DNA from: Tricharina praecox
Taxonomy: Eukaryota
Assembly (NCBI RefSeq): GCF_024521635.1
Contig: NW_026250413.1
Span: forward strand, 930,001-994,000
Direction: 5' to 3'
DNA length: 64,000 nucleotides
The notes beneath the pieces were generated by a model. That model searched no databases. It saw nothing but the letters and a program-made list of their open reading frames with translations, and was not told the DNA's origin. Within the stretch, counting starts at the first letter, position 1. Every line of letters begins with the position of its first letter. Shown here one piece after another: positions 1-14,213 of this stretch. A program made the position numbers and the translations under genes.

Positions 1-70
1 ACTACTGCACCTGGCAAGGACTTCATTCGCCTGAGACGAGCACTCGCCCAGTCTTGTCCGGATCCGCGTG

Positions 71-1328
71 TTTCGTGCTACGCTGAGAACTCTCGCCAAT
101 AACAACCAGCCGCTCTGCTCCCCATCGCCCTCCTCCTGCTGCAACGATCCTCCCCCCCCCAGATCTGTCCCAACCACTCGCTCAACCCATCATCAAACCC
201 GCCGCTGCCAACGCCCTCCATCCAGCTCGCCCCTCGCTCGCCCCTTCATCCCCCCAACTCGCGATCGACTCGGTCTGACCCTGACATCCCGAGAGAGAAT
301 CACCACCCCCGCCGGAAATGCGCTGTGTGTGACGGGCGCATTCTCCACCCTCCTTTGTTTGGTTTCGCGGAAAGAGTAAGAGAGAGAGAGAGAGAGTGAG
401 GGGAATTTTGTTTTTCGCGACCGCGACTCTGCACCGCACCGCACCGCTCTCTGCAGCCACCTACTTCCTATCTTCCATACATACCAATCCGCTCCCAACA
501 CAACATTCATTCGCAACACCGAATCCACCACAACCCACCAACGAAGCAGCCCTTCTCTCCCTCCCGCAGCCACCACCACCACATCCACCGCATCCACATC
601 CACTGCCAACCACACACACCATTCTCCGCCATTCATCCACACAACACCCCATACCCTCACCTCATCCTCTCTCCCTTTTGACACGACGACACGATCTAAA
701 AAAAATACATCCGAATAGCTCCCCGACAGCGAACTTCTCCTGCAAGTTCCGTCGAGTGACTAAATCCAATCACATACCCTCCCGCAGTTCCAAATACTTC
801 TGGAGAAGAAAAAAAGAAAAGAAGAGAGAAAAAGGCCAACTACTTCCTGCTCGACTGCTGTCCTGTCACTGATTGCTACCTGACGCGCCACGATTTTATT
901 TTTTCCTTCTCCATCTTGACGTCTTCTCCTTCTTCGGCTTCTTCTGCTTCTTCTGCTTCATATTCGGCCTCGGATCGAACTCGCGCGCATTGCTGGTATT
1001 AACGACGAAACGAAAAAAACAACTTCGAAAAATTCCCCCCGATAACGAATCTCTTCTTCTCGCTGTACTATTAGAACGAAGACCTACGAATCTTGAAACG
1101 ACCCACAACTTAACCTTACATTCTCCAGCTCGACCAACCCCCCTCTCTTATCCCATCTACGATTGTGCATACCATTCCCACATTGGCTACAGCTACCGTT
1201 CTCTAATCGCCAGCTCACACGTCGCCGCTCAACGCTGTAACGGATCGCTGGGGGAATCGCCCATTCCGCCCACCCCACGCACACACCCACATATCCACAC
1301 ACCAGCTACCCCCCCAACCCACGCGAAA
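71..1328. promoter_or_regulatory. SCB/MCB-like (APSES factor) sites upstream of byr4
   Basis: TTTCGTG 71-77, TTTCGCG 363-369 and 413-419, CACGCGAAA 1320-1328 lie upstream of a cell-cycle gene. These are short motifs and function is inferred. Confidence 0.35.
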
Positions 1329-1360
1329 ATCAACACGACACAGGTAGCACTCTGGACAGC

Positions 1361-4300
1361 ATGGCAAGCCGCTTGGATATAGCGGTGCAGGCGCTCCATC
1401 GTCGTGCAGACACAGTCGAATGCTGGGACGATGACCCAGACTTCGCCGAACTAGACCAGATCCAGCATCCCCCGGCCACTGCTACGACACCTACGACAAC
1501 GACGGCGCCGGCGCGCGCAGGTGCAGACTACTATCGCCGTGAGCCTTCCTCCGCCGTCTCGAGTCGGAGATCCACCATCACATCCGCCTACGACCTTGAC
1601 GCCCTCGAGGTTGCCGACCGCGAACACCAAATTCCTTTCGACGGCTCGCCCGCCGCTGCGATCAAGTCCGCTCAGTCCGCGGGTATCCCCATACCCGAAA
1701 ACGTTCCCTTATCGGCCCTCGTTGGCGGCACCATCAAACGGTTAGGACCCAGCACCAGAGCAAGGAAGGTCACGATGCACGACGACTGGGGCGAAGATCT
1801 GGAGTTCCCCTCCATGGGAGATGCCTTCACCGTCAAGACGAAGGAATTTCCACAGTCGCTACATCACATGCCGAGCAAAGGCAAAGGCATCCGGAATATT
1901 TCGCCGTCGAGGGTGAATCTCTTGCCCGTGACGAATGCAAGCGAACAACTCAACAAGTTCCGAGACATGCCTGAGGATGAGATGTTTTTCGGTGAGTGCG
2001 AACAGCTCCCGTCACTCAAAGCATTTGCGGCAGGGAGAACACCGATGCAGGGAAGAGGAGCCAACATGTCGCTGCCGACACCGCCGTTATCGGAATCTGC
2101 ATTCAGGCCTTCGCCTACGTTTGCAGACGATGATTTCGACGCCGATTTCGAATTTCCTGCCGATGCACCATTACAACTTGGAGGTTTGAGGGGGATGGAA
2201 AGATCCCGACCGATAGATTTTCATGCGATAGACATGGGATTCGAGGATTGGGGGGATGGGGACAGTGGATTGGGCTCCAGCTATGCGGGCACCCGGGGTG
2301 GCGCCGATCATGGAGCACATTCGGTTGTTTCGCCCAGCATCTCAGCTATGACCATGGAGAGCGAGGATGACATGTACGGTTTGGAATTACCCGGCGGTAT
2401 GCTTCCCGATTTCCACAGGGCTCTCGAACGACGCCGGCGGGCGGCCGCGGCGGAAGAATCGGACCTGGCTCCAGCCCCGATAAACCACCATTTCCACGCT
2501 CAGAAGGACTTCGACGACCCGGCGAGCGAGGAGGAGTTTTTCGAGGGAATTGAAATTGGCGATGTCTTTGATAGCAAGAAGCTATCGCTGAACGGCAATG
2601 TGAGACAAAAACAACAACCTCGGAAACCGAGTCCTATCAGGCGAACTGCCATGAGTCTGACTTTTACAACGAAGCCACTTACCCCACAGTCATCCGCCGG
2701 AAGACTCAACAGGCTTACGCAAGGCCATCCCACGCTCCTACCGTCGGCACCCCTCGAACCTGTCGCCGAGCGGGAAAACCAGCCGAGCACGGTCAAGCGG
2801 ATTCCCCGTAATAACCGTTGGGGAAGCGCGGATTACAGGTGGAATAGTAGCGAACAGACACCCCCTCCACCGCCGATACCCAGAACTGACAGGACGAGAA
2901 CACTGGCAACGGATGGGCGGAGACCTCTGTCGACAAAGTCCACACGGAATCTGCGCGGCGACAATGCTCCACCACCAACCACTACTCACGCTCAGTTGCT
3001 GAGAGCGAAACGCTCGATGCCTAACATACAGGACAGTCCGAATTCGCAGAAGGGTTCACGACCGCAGAGCCGTGCATCGAATGGGCGACCACCCAGTCGT
3101 AGCTCTAGCGGCCGACCTCCTAGCAGCGGCAACGCCTCGACAAGACCGACAAGTAGCGGCACTAGACCTCCTCCTCCTCCTCCTCCCAGCAGCGCTACCA
3201 GACCGACGAGTACCGGTACCCGACCCACGAACAATGGTTCCCGACCGACGAGTACTGGCGCACGACCTCCCAACGCAAACGTGCGACCACCATCACGGAG
3301 TAGTAATGGGCGTCCCCCTAGTAGGAATGATCGTACCAAAACCGCCAATGCTCCTGCGGCTAGACATCCTGCTCCGTTCATGTGTGGTGGCAGTTCGACC
3401 AAGAGTAGCCATCACGTCGCCGCGAAGACCTCGAACAAGAGTCTCGATAGCCGTGGGGAAGGCAGCACTACCGATCGACGACCCAATTCTCGCCTGCAGA
3501 ACCGCAATATTACTCCTCGTCACTCGCCCAGCTCCTCTGGGGCCAGCAATACGACCGCCAAAAGGATAACACCCGCGATCGCACCAGAGCAACTACGGCG
3601 GGAGGCGGCGACCATCGGAACACTCACTCAGCCGACGAGAAAACGCAATTTCGGAGACGGAACCGAGCTCGAGACTTTCGATGATTTACCTACCAACGCA
3701 AAGGTTGAGAATACATTCACCAAGGCTCCTGCCGCGAGAGGAGTGGTGAAAGCTCGACCAAAGAGCATACCGACTCGCGAGGCCGAGAGCCCAAGGAAGA
3801 AGAAGCAGCAACACGAAACTACTCCTCGACAGGACGATGTTCCGAGGTTCGCACGGGACACTACCGGTATGTTTTTCACGAGCCCCATCTCTCATCACGT
3901 GCACATCTAACGTCCATCAGCATCAAGAAAAGCACGAGAAATCACCCAGCAGAGACTCGGCATGGGCACGCCTGTACCCCAGACGCCCAATGCCGACCGT
4001 TGGCGATCAAAGATTGCGGCACGAAGTCAGGCACCGTCTCGCGTCCTTCCAAAGAAGACGTTGCAGCACAAGCCTCATCTCATCAAGCCGATGGGCAATA
4101 TCACTACTCTTCCTAAAGGTTCGTCTCCACCCTCGGTTTCACGAGCTATCACTCGACTCATTTCCCATACACTGTATCGGAGACAATGGCTAACCTCGCT
4201 TCGTCCGAAACAGAGAACGCTGCCAACGGGATGGTTTACAATCCACGCACGTTTCGGTGGGAAGGAAATGACAAGGACCTCCGGGCGTTCGAGGTGCCCG

Positions 4301-4770
4301 ATAGCCGTACGCCGCCTCGCCCGGCATTAATCACCAAAGTCAATCAGTCTGGTAGCAAGATGGGGATTCAAGTTGTCGGTGGCATGGTCTTCGATCCCAG
4401 TCGTATGTGCTGGTTGAAAGTGGACGAGGATCCGGACGACGAGGATGATCCTTTCGAGGGACTGGATGACTTGCCCGAGGACATCATGTCTGTCGACGGT
4501 CAATCGGTTGCCGGCGCGCAGACAACCAGTAACTCGGTAGTCATGAGTGGCGTCGGGGGTGCCTTCGGTGGAGCGGCAAGGATCAGCGGTGGCTTTGGGG
4601 AGTTTGTCGTCGGAGAGGAGTTCGATGTGGGTCCGGAATTCGTGCGCCGGCAACGCGAGGAGGAGGACAGGTGGAGGAAGACGACGGATGGGTGGATTCA
4701 GCCGTCGGCCGACCTCACGACCAGAGAGAACCGATACTATTGGCGGGAGCTGCTGGCCGAATCCCGGTAG
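1361..4770 (+). CDS. byr4: Byr4/Bfa1 septation-initiation/mitotic-exit GAP scaffold; join(1361..3866,3921..4118,4214..4770), 1086 aa
   Basis: Motifs VECWDDDPDF, FGDGTELETFDDLPT, FARDTTASRKARE (created across intron 1), GMVYNPRTFRWEGN, RPALIT, GGMVFDPSRMCWLK and EEFDVGPEFVRRQREEE are typical of Pezizomycotina Byr4. Both introns are GT..AG with CTAAC branch sites and keep frame. Confidence 0.88.
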
Positions 4771-7700
4771 CAGTATCGATGGAACTCTGAAACATTTCCT
4801 TGATTATCGGGTGTTTCAAATCTAATATGGACGACGAACACATGGTATGCATTTTTGGACCGGTCCGATGGATGCGCAACACGGGAGCATGGAGGAAGGA
4901 GAGGGACTGGTGTTCTTTGCTGGCGCACGCTGCTTTGCTTATTTTCCATTTCCGCACTTTGTGGTTTTTCTTTGCGGATGGATCGAATCTGGACGTCTTT
5001 GCTGGCTGACTTTTTTTATCTGTTTTATCGTGTCTGGGTTGGGTGTTTTCTACACTCCCTCGTCGTTTATTTTTTTTGCTTACTTTGTTTTGTCGTTGTT
5101 GGTGTTGAATGTAATTGTATACTATTGATTGATACCCATACCCATACCCATTCTTCTTGTTCTTGTTCTTCTTCTTCTCCTTCACCTTCCACCTCTACGG
5201 AACCCTGGTTTCCTTACTATATCTGATACTCCTACCTACCTTCCCTCCCTTACATCATTACCTCTCCTACTCTTACCTACTATATCTGACACTTCGCCAA
5301 CCCCTGAGGCCGTGTTGCGCGGTGTTTTTTTTTCCCCAGCCACGCACTCGGGCGAGGGGGCGCGGATCTATTACAATTTCATTTCTTGTTTTTTTTCTTC
5401 TTCTTTTTTCTCTTTTTCTTTTTTCGGTCTTTCTTATTTTGGTTTTGGTTTTTAGGGCTGTGTTGCGCTACCATGAAGGACTGGGCTGGGATGTCACTGG
5501 GATGAGGGGCGTTTTTTTCTTTTTCTTTTTCTTTCCTAATACCGTTTTTCTTTTCGATTTGAGGGAGATCTTCCCGTCCTATCCGTGCTGTTCCGAAACG
5601 TTGCCGGGAGGGGGGGAAGGGGGGGGGGGGGGGGGGGGGGTAGGTTAGGATGCGCTGCGATTGCGCTGTTATGTTTTTGATGCTTGATGCGTTAGTTAAC
5701 GTTAGGATTTATGTAGCTTTGGGTTTCTGTGTTCTGTTTTTGTCTGGGTTTTGTTGGGTTTGGTTTGGATTCGGTTGGCTGGTTGGCATGGACGGCATGG
5801 ACGGTTTTGATAATGGCTGGCGGACGGTGATGTGATGTGGAGGCGGGTTGGGTGGGTTGGGGGGTAAGTGGATGTGGGATGGAAGGGATGGGAGGAGTGG
5901 AATTATATGCTATGCTGTGCTATGCTGTGCTGTAGCCTGTGCTCTTTGGACTTGGACTTGGACGTGGTATTTCGCCTTGGCTGTAATGGCTGTAATGGCT
6001 ACATGGCTGCGATGGCTGTGAACATGATGTGCTCGATGTATGCGAACTCGTTTTTTTCTCTTCGACGCAAGACAGGACGGGTTGGGAAGGTTTGGGAACT
6101 TACGAAGGGTGGATGGACGGAGGAGGGAGCGCCGAGGGAGTGCCGAGGTGCATGGACTGTCGAGAGCTACATAACTAGGCGGAAGCGGGGTGGTGGTTTG
6201 CTTTTTCCGCACAGGTTATCACTGGGGATGTAGGTATGTGGTCCGGCTTTTCGGGAGTTGCGGCGGGATCCGCACCGATGAGCGGGACGGGATCTTTGGT
6301 AGACCTCTTCTCCAGCGGTGGAATCGTCATGGGCAACGCGGAAACGACCACTCTGGCCGTAGCGAGGAGTAGAGTCACTACGGTGGTGGCCAGGCGTGGA
6401 GTAGGAGGATGCTCAGATCCATGGTCTCCATCTCTCTGCTAGATATGGTACCATACCGCGGGCCGAAAGTAGAACCCGGCCCTGGCGGTGCCGAGAGCAG
6501 TGTAAGGAGACAGCCGAGGGAGGGGGGGAGGGGGAGGTATCTTCCAAACGTCATCACGAGGGCCAGCCTGCCAGGAGCAGGGACTACGGACGATGTTCTC
6601 CCTCAGGCTAGGAATGGTGATAAGGCGAGTGGTGCTGTGCGGGTCAGGTGGAGGGGCCGGGGGACGAAGAGGACGACATCCTTGCGAACAATCTCCCACG
6701 TTTCTGTCTGGAAACGTGGATGCTACAGCCACGCAAAAGGGACGTCTGGCGGACGGATAGCAGGGGGGACACGCGGCAGAAGACGACGAGACCCGCCCAA
6801 CCCGGTGCGCATCAATGGCAATGGAAGTTAACTGCAGGTACATATGTGCGGCCTGGAGCCCGAGACGGCACGACACGGCCTCAAGGTTCAACAAAAACCG
6901 AGGAATTCGGCTTGATTGGTGGATGCCGCGCTCGGGAGTCGGAATAGGTGGTGTGCCGAAGATCGCTCAGCATGGACTGCGGGGCTGCGGTTCCGCTTCG
7001 TACTCCTTGGGGGTCGGGGTGGACTGTTTCGGGCGAACGAGCTTCGGACCGGAATAGCACGGCCGCGTAGTCCCCCCACAGCCACAGCCATAGCCATAGC
7101 CCGGACAGCATTGTATTACGTTGCCGCCTCGTTGCCGCCCCACCCCGCCTCACCTCACCGGGACGTGCTCGGACTGCAGCCGGACAGCAGACCGACTCTC
7201 GGCCTGCGTGCCGGGCAGTCGAGTGACCGAGTTCCAGGATCAGCCTTGTTACTACTAGTATGAGTATGAGTAGTATCACTCGGCCCGCGAGTATTCGTGT
7301 CGTCCGCAGGAAGACAGCCCTGGCTACAGCGCTACGCAGTTGTTATCCTGGGCTTTCACTTGCGCCCCTCCACGCCAGGGTGCGTGGAGGGGGCGGGACG
7401 TTGACTGCGCCTCGCCTCGGACGGCGACGGCTGCGGATGCACCGGGGACTCGGGGAGGGAAAAAAACGTCGCACACGCGGCCCATATACTGGACTGAGCA
7501 TTCCGTAAGCACTGAGGGCAGTTCCCGTCAATCGTCAGTCGTCATTCTGCTATCGTCCGGTAAGCTTGCTGCCTGCGGGTATGTACCTAGGTAGCGAGGT
7601 CGACCGCTCGTCCAGCTTAACCACAACCCGGAAGGTGAGGGGCTATTGCCAGTAGTTGTGTGCTAGGGGAGGTGGGGGGCACTGGTTTTCTGACGGTCGC

Positions 7701-10115
7701 AACTCTGGAGTCTGCATCGCCGCCGTCGCCGTGCCATGATACGGCTCATCGAAACTCGAAAGCTGGCGTCCTCGAAATAGAGACCAAGACCAAGACTGGG
7801 TCCGGATTTTATAACAGCTGGACGCACGGGCATACATGGTAGTGCCGGCTCTACTGCGCACGATAGGTGAAGATTGGCAATCACCGCGATCACTCGACTA
7901 GGAGTGATACATTATGATGCTGAACTTCCAAACGGATCACCGTTTCTTCGCTGCATGCGAAATATATTGAAGGTCTCTCTCTCTCTCTCTGTCTCTCAAG
8001 CGAATCACCGAGAAGCTTAAAGGATGGGCCGTATGTGACGATAACTTGTTCTCTCGACTCACTGAAAAGGAATCCGAGTAACTCCGCCGATCGAAGGAGG
8101 TCGCTCGGAAAACACTTACATGTATAAACTGGTATCACTGTATGTAGAGGATATACCGGAACGTAAAAGCCACGCCCAGGCGCCGAAAAAGCTGAGGAGC
8201 CTAGAAGTGTCTTCCCCTAGTAGGATATATAAAAAAGGCATTAGCCTAGTGCCTAGGGGGCACATTCACCATCGGACATCATAGTTCCAGCCTTCCAGGC
8301 GCGCGATGTCCCCTCACATACGGTGGTTTAACTCCTGAGATACCAACCATTGAGACCTTTTGACCTGATGATGGAATACTTATTTGACACGCGGGCCATG
8401 TATAGCTGATCTTTCAGTGCGGTATGTACCCAGCCCTGCATTCGGTGCATAGATTTCCGAGGCTCCGTAGAACCGTCCCCGGGAGGCTGTGACATCTTCC
8501 CGCCGTTCGCCTGCCAACAAGACTGAAGAATAACAGAAGCGAGCCTTACAGTTGCGTAAGGTGATATATATGCCTCCAGGGCGCTTATGGACGTAATGGA
8601 TGCGGGGCGGATACTGGTATGTAGAGTAGGCACTTGGGTAGCTACACTTAGTTAGGTATCGCAGAGCTCCGTTGGAAATCATCTCTCCGCAACCGAAATC
8701 GTGAATTTCGATGCGTCCGCGCCTTGTGGAGTAAGTGCTCATTTACTGATGCACCGTATTTCATCGGCCGGGATAATCCGTCAACGCAAACGTACTGGTA
8801 GCAAATACCCCCATCGGGATCGTCGGGGTCGTCGGGTGGTGGAGTACGAGTGATGTCGCATGCACACATCCGCGCAGAACGGAAACAGGAAAGCAGGAAA
8901 AACTACCGACGCTTGGCGCCCCCCCATGGGAATGATCACGTACATAGAGGTCCGTCTCGGGTCGGTTGTGGCTCGGCAGACAGCAGGGGGTTGTAGCGTC
9001 GACTACGGGAGGGATCGTCCACTTTCTTGGGAAACTACCCGGGCCGCACCGCTGCGTGGCGCGGTGCGGCGTGGCGTGGGGTAGACGAGCCCGCCGAGCT
9101 CGAGCGCACATACACACGATCGCGGATGACTCGGCGCGTGCTCCGGTGCACCTTCCATGCGAAGAGCTATTGTGCGTACGCACTGATTCGTCGGCATGGG
9201 TTGCTGGATCCGCCCTGCTTTCCGTTCTTCACGGGTTCCTGGGGTTTCGTGGTTGCGGTCAGCTTTAGATCTGCCAACGGGGATTCCCACCGCCTTCAAT
9301 TTTAACGCCTTTCCGTGCCTTTCTTTGCTCTCCCGGTGGTTTGCTGCTACTTCCTACTAGATACGCACGCAGCAAGAGCGGAAGTATTGTATTATGCACA
9401 AGCGATCACTCCGGGGCCGGGAGCCTGTCGAGTGAGTAATTGTGACTAGTCACGCTTCCAGCCCCCCCTCCACCCCCAACCATGGGCCAAGGCGCCGTAT
9501 AGAGTGTTGCCAATCGCTGCGCACCCGTCGGTGAGCCGTGAGCATCCACCGCACACACACACGCATCTACCATACACGTACATGTACGCACGCCGAGCCG
9601 AGTGTAGCTCCGAGCGGCGAGCTCGGCGTAGCATCCCCCACCACGACGAACAGCGGAGTTCTGCCGGCGCATGCACGTACTGCGTACCTGCGGTGTCGGG
9701 AAAGCTACGGGATAACTACGGTACTCTAGGTACATACCGTACCCAGGTAGGTAGGCAGGGCGGTCTTGGCCGACCCACACCGCCACCGCCACGGCCAGCT
9801 GTCGCTCGCTGCCGCTGTGGTGTGCGCTGTCGCCTCATCCTCGGGTCGGGTCGGTCCCGCGACTGCCGTACCTACTTCTTACTCTGCCTACTACTGCAGC
9901 TCGCCGGGCCCCTTAGGTAATGCCGAGCGCTGGTGTAACTACAGTATGGACATATGCCTACCCAAGCATGTAAGGATGTGCATAAATAACCAGCTCAGCT
10001 CTCCGACGCCTTGTGCATAACGTCCGGAGTAACTACTCGGTAGTGCGATGCAGCTACTCTAGATGGCTACTAGATTCGTATAGTAGATGATCACGGCTAC
10101 ATCCCTCGTCCTCAT

Positions 10116-10136
10116 CGTCCCCGTTCCCGTCCCCGT

Positions 10137-10171
<35 letters not shown>

Positions 10172-10181
10172 TTCCCGTCCC
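10116..10181. repeat. (GTCCCC)n imperfect hexanucleotide microsatellite
   Basis: Directly visible tandem GTCCCC/GTCCTC/GTTCCC units. Confidence 0.9.
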
Positions 10182-12147
10182 ACGGCGTGACTTGAACTTC
10201 CCTCCCCCCACCTCCCCTCCCCCAATAGGCCGTGTACATATCATACTCTCTGCACAGCGCGGGGGGCTGGGGGTAGAGTAACTACTCGAACGCAGAACCT
10301 TCACGAGCACGAGCACGAGCACAAGCACGGCCCAGATTCGGACATGGCCGAATCCGGTGGGGTGGTAGCACATACCGAAGTACCTACCCAAGTACCCAGG
10401 TATGATACTTACTCGTAGATCATACGGCTCAGCACCGCAGTCCATCTGTTTATATTTTTTCCTTCTCTTTTTCTTCTCTTTCTCTTCCTTTTTTCCTTTC
10501 CTTCTTTCCTTTTTCTTCCTCCTCCTAAATTTATGTAGGTAGATCCTCGTGGAGCAGATGGCGGCCGTAGCCGTGGTTGCTTTTTTGCCACTGCTGCGGA
10601 GAGGGAGAAAAGAAAAGAGAAGAAAAACAGAAAAGGAAAAAGAAAAGAAAAACAGAAAAGGAAAAAGAAAAGAAAAGCATGAGGAAGAAAAGCAAGAGGA
10701 AGAGGAAGAAACACTACTCTTCACGGCGCTGGGAAGGAGGGGGGGGAGGGGGGGACCGGATGGGATCTGGAAATCCACCAACATCCACATCAACGCTCAC
10801 GGCGCAAGAGGGCAAGCAAGCAGGCAAGCAAGCGCACGCACGGTGAAAAAGTCTATCCCACGTCTACATACATCCACATCCACATCCACATCCACATTGC
10901 ATCCACATCTATCCACATCCCCTCGGTGCGTTGCATGCATACCTCCCCACCCACCCACCTCCCCACCTCACCACGTACCCACTACATACCCACCTACACA
11001 CACGGCAGCACAGTTTCGCGCCGGTGGAGTATCTTCACGAGCCGCAAGTCGCTCCTCCATCTCCAGAGTCACGAAGGCATGGATGGGATGGGGGTGGGAT
11101 GGGGGTCGCCCGCGCGGTGTGTGGGGTTATTTTGCGGGGTACTGCGGGTGTCGTGAAAATCGCGCCATGCAGGGGCGACGGGGCGACGGGGCGTGCGTGT
11201 GTGGCGGGCGAACGGCGCGCGCGCGGGGCGTGGGCGTGGGTTTGGGCGTAGGAGTGGGAGGGAGTGGGCGTGGGGCGGAAGGGAAGGGAAGGGAAGGGAA
11301 GAAGGGAAGGGGTGAGAGAACGTGATCAGACGTATACCATACATACCCAGAACCGTACATAATACGGTAGGTAGAGTATGTAGAGTCTGCGCCTACCCCC
11401 CACCCACCACCCACCCCCCATCGGGAGGTTGGATTGGCGCCCGCGGGATGTACCCGTACATAGACTCGACCCATCCGCTCTGCTCTGCTCTGCCTCCCAC
11501 CACCGGGGCGCAAACAGCGGTTGCTTGCTTGGGGGGCAACAACACCGGGAATCCGCGGGAGTGGATTCCGGGCGGCCGGCCGGGGGATTCCCGCCACGCA
11601 CCCACGCAGAACGCAGCACGCAGAACGCAGAACGCAGCCACAGCGCGAAAGCGAGGCGGAAAAAAAAACGGACGGCCGGCGTGGGATGCGGAATATCGGA
11701 CGAGACCACGGCGTAGCTATAGTAAGTAACCAAGAAGGTGGCGGCCCGCGGGAACCCGCTTGTGTACTGTCTGTGGCTGCGGCTGCGCCGTCCGACGTCC
11801 GAATCCGACGACGACGATCGTGAGTACATACATACTTGGGACTCGGGAGATTTCTGCTGCTTTTACATACTTCTTCCTTTTTTTGCTTCCTTTTTTTCGT
11901 TCGCTCGCGGGAAACGGGAGCGTGAGCGAGAGAGAGATACCGTAGGTACCGTACCCAAAGGGATAGGTATAAGTCGCGGAGCTGGTTACCTATCGCTCTC
12001 CTCACCTCGCTCGCTCGCCTCATCCGCAAGCAAGCAAGCACATCACCCCACGTCTCTGACCCGGAGATATAGTATATATAGTATAGGCAGTATAGTATAT
12101 ATTATCGACACCGCACAGGCACCCGGTACCGACCGAGCGAGGGACCT

Positions 12148-12238
12148 CCCACGCCCACGCCCACGCCCACGCCCACGCCCACGCCCACGCCCACGCCCAC
12201 GCCCACGCCCACGCCCGCGCCCACGCCCACGCCCGCGC
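12148..12238. repeat. (CCCACG)n microsatellite, about 15 units
   Basis: Directly visible, with two CCCGCG variants. Confidence 0.95.
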
Positions 12239-12398
12239 CGGTGGTTTACGGTTTGCGGATGGATTACGGTTGCGTGCTCGTGCCCGTGCTCCTCGCGCGC
12301 ATAGGTACTATAGATATACGGTACATATATGGCAGTTGCGGTGATCGGGAGGGTTGTTTGGATGGTGGATGGTGGGGTGGGGTTGTTTTGGTTGGATG

Positions 12399-12454
12399 GA
12401 TGCGTGGATGCGTGGATGCGTGGATGCGTGGATGCGTGGATGCGTGGATGCGTG
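12399..12454. repeat. (GATGCGTG)7 octanucleotide array
   Basis: Seven perfect copies. Confidence 0.95.
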
Positions 12455-13157
12455 GAGGGATGCCATGGGGGCCGTCGATTGTGGCCGATATATTGCGACG
12501 CCACCTCCACGTCTCTCGCTCGCCTCTCGCCTCTCGCCTCTCGCCTTTCGGAGCTTTGGTGCTTGGGCGTTTTGGCGTTTCGTTTACCTTATAATAGTTA
12601 TACTAGTATCAACAAATCTAGTGGTTATATATGCTGGTATATGCTAGTAGTTATGCTAGGAGAGCGTGCTAGGAGAGCATGCAAGTGTTGTTTCTCTGGG
12701 GTTGGTGGGAATTAGATGCCATTCCCACACACACACATTTTCATGATACAGACTTGACACACACACTTGGCATGAGCCCTGTAGAATATAGAGTATCTAG
12801 AGTAGGCAGAGGACAGTTAACCAGTAGAGTAGTTAAAGTAGAGTAGAGCGGTGTATGCAGAATAGTTACAGAATATGTAGAGTATCTAGAGTAAACTGCA
12901 GCCAATAAAACAGTCTACATACATACAGACGTCCAGCATCTATCTACCAGCATCTATCTACCGGTATCTGCTTGCTGCTGCTTACTGCTGCTGCCATAAA
13001 CGTCCCCCACGTTTTCCGACCGTCGATAGCTATGGATGATATGTATGTACTCTATCGATTTCCATGCACGCACGCAAGCAAGCAGGTAAGTAAGCACCAT
13101 CCGACAGGGAGAGGATTGCCGACCGCCCCGCCCCGATGGGGCCTATCTGCTTATCGT

Positions 13158-13270
13158 GATGGATTGATGGATTGATGGATTGATGGATTGGATTGATGGA
13201 TTGATGGATTGATGGATTGATGGATTGATGGATTGATGGATTGATGGATTGATGGATTGATGGATTGATG
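13158..13270. repeat. (GATGGATT)n octanucleotide array, about 13 units
   Basis: Directly visible, with one short interruption. Confidence 0.95.
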
Positions 13271-14115
13271 GTGGTGGATGGATGGGTTGACGCGACCGAT
13301 GGGGGGGCGATGGGATTGGTTGGTGGATAGATGGTGGTGGTGGTGGTGGTGGATAGATGATGGGTGGTGGATAGATGGATGGATGGAGTGCACAACGTGC
13401 GACATAACCAGATATCTACTCTAACTACTCTAACTATCAGTCGCCAGTGCTGAGTGCGTCCTCGGGTCCTCGAATCCACTCGGCTCCACGCGGCGGAGGA
13501 GGGAGCGAGCGAGCGAGCGACTTCCACGGGGGGCATGTTGGTAGAATCTACATAGAGTAGGTACCGTAGGCCGTAGATGATGTTTAGCAGTTGAAGCTGC
13601 CGATGCTATTACTATTAATAGTCGCGGCCGTCGAGCAACTTGAGACTTGAGTAAGAATGGGTAAGTAGACTGTAGGCCATGGACACATTGGCATTGGGCA
13701 TTGGCATTAGCATTGTTGCAGCAAAGCAGACTGAATTGGCACTCGTCCTTCCTCGTCGTCGTCGGAGAAGTCGGAGGCAGTTGCTGTATGTATGTACATT
13801 CCCGATTCGGCGGGGATTCCTGTCTTCGTTGAAATGCAGCGTGCTTTGCCCTTGCCACTGCCACTAACTCACTGACTACTCCATGCCGTGGATCGATCGA
13901 AAAACGAGCAGAGCAGAGAAGAAAAAAAAAGAAAAAAAAAAAGTGGGATGCTTGGGTGTGGATGGTGGTTGGGTGAGGATCGTTGCGAGCGTTGGAGCGT
14001 TTATGTGCGCACCGACCGAAACAATGTTTTGCATGCGTAGTCGGCCGTTACACTGGTTAGACTAACTGGGTAATTGACTAGCTGAGGGACTAAACGAGTA
14101 ACTAAACGAGCGACT

Positions 14116-14213
14116 GAGTAATTGAGTAATTGAGTAATTGAGTAATTGAGTAATTGAGTAATTGAGTAATTGAGTAATTGAGTAAAGTAATTGAGTAATT
14201 GAGTAATTGAGTA
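14116..14213. repeat. (GAGTAATT)n octanucleotide array, about 12 units
   Basis: Directly visible, with one truncated unit. Confidence 0.95.

Noticed and set aside
68-1382. Several 60-170 aa ORFs upstream of byr4
   Set aside because: Low-complexity C/A- and CT-rich leader sequence, mostly non-ATG starts, no recognisable domain.
8367-8409. TGATGA...CTGA as a C/D snoRNA
   Set aside because: Too short (~43 nt), non-consensus C box, no terminal stem.
10059-12715. Long ORFs (244, 258, 304, 188 aa) in the desert
   Set aside because: They are translations of microsatellites and A/G tracts (poly-K/E, RP, GTGT repeats) with no domain or splice support.
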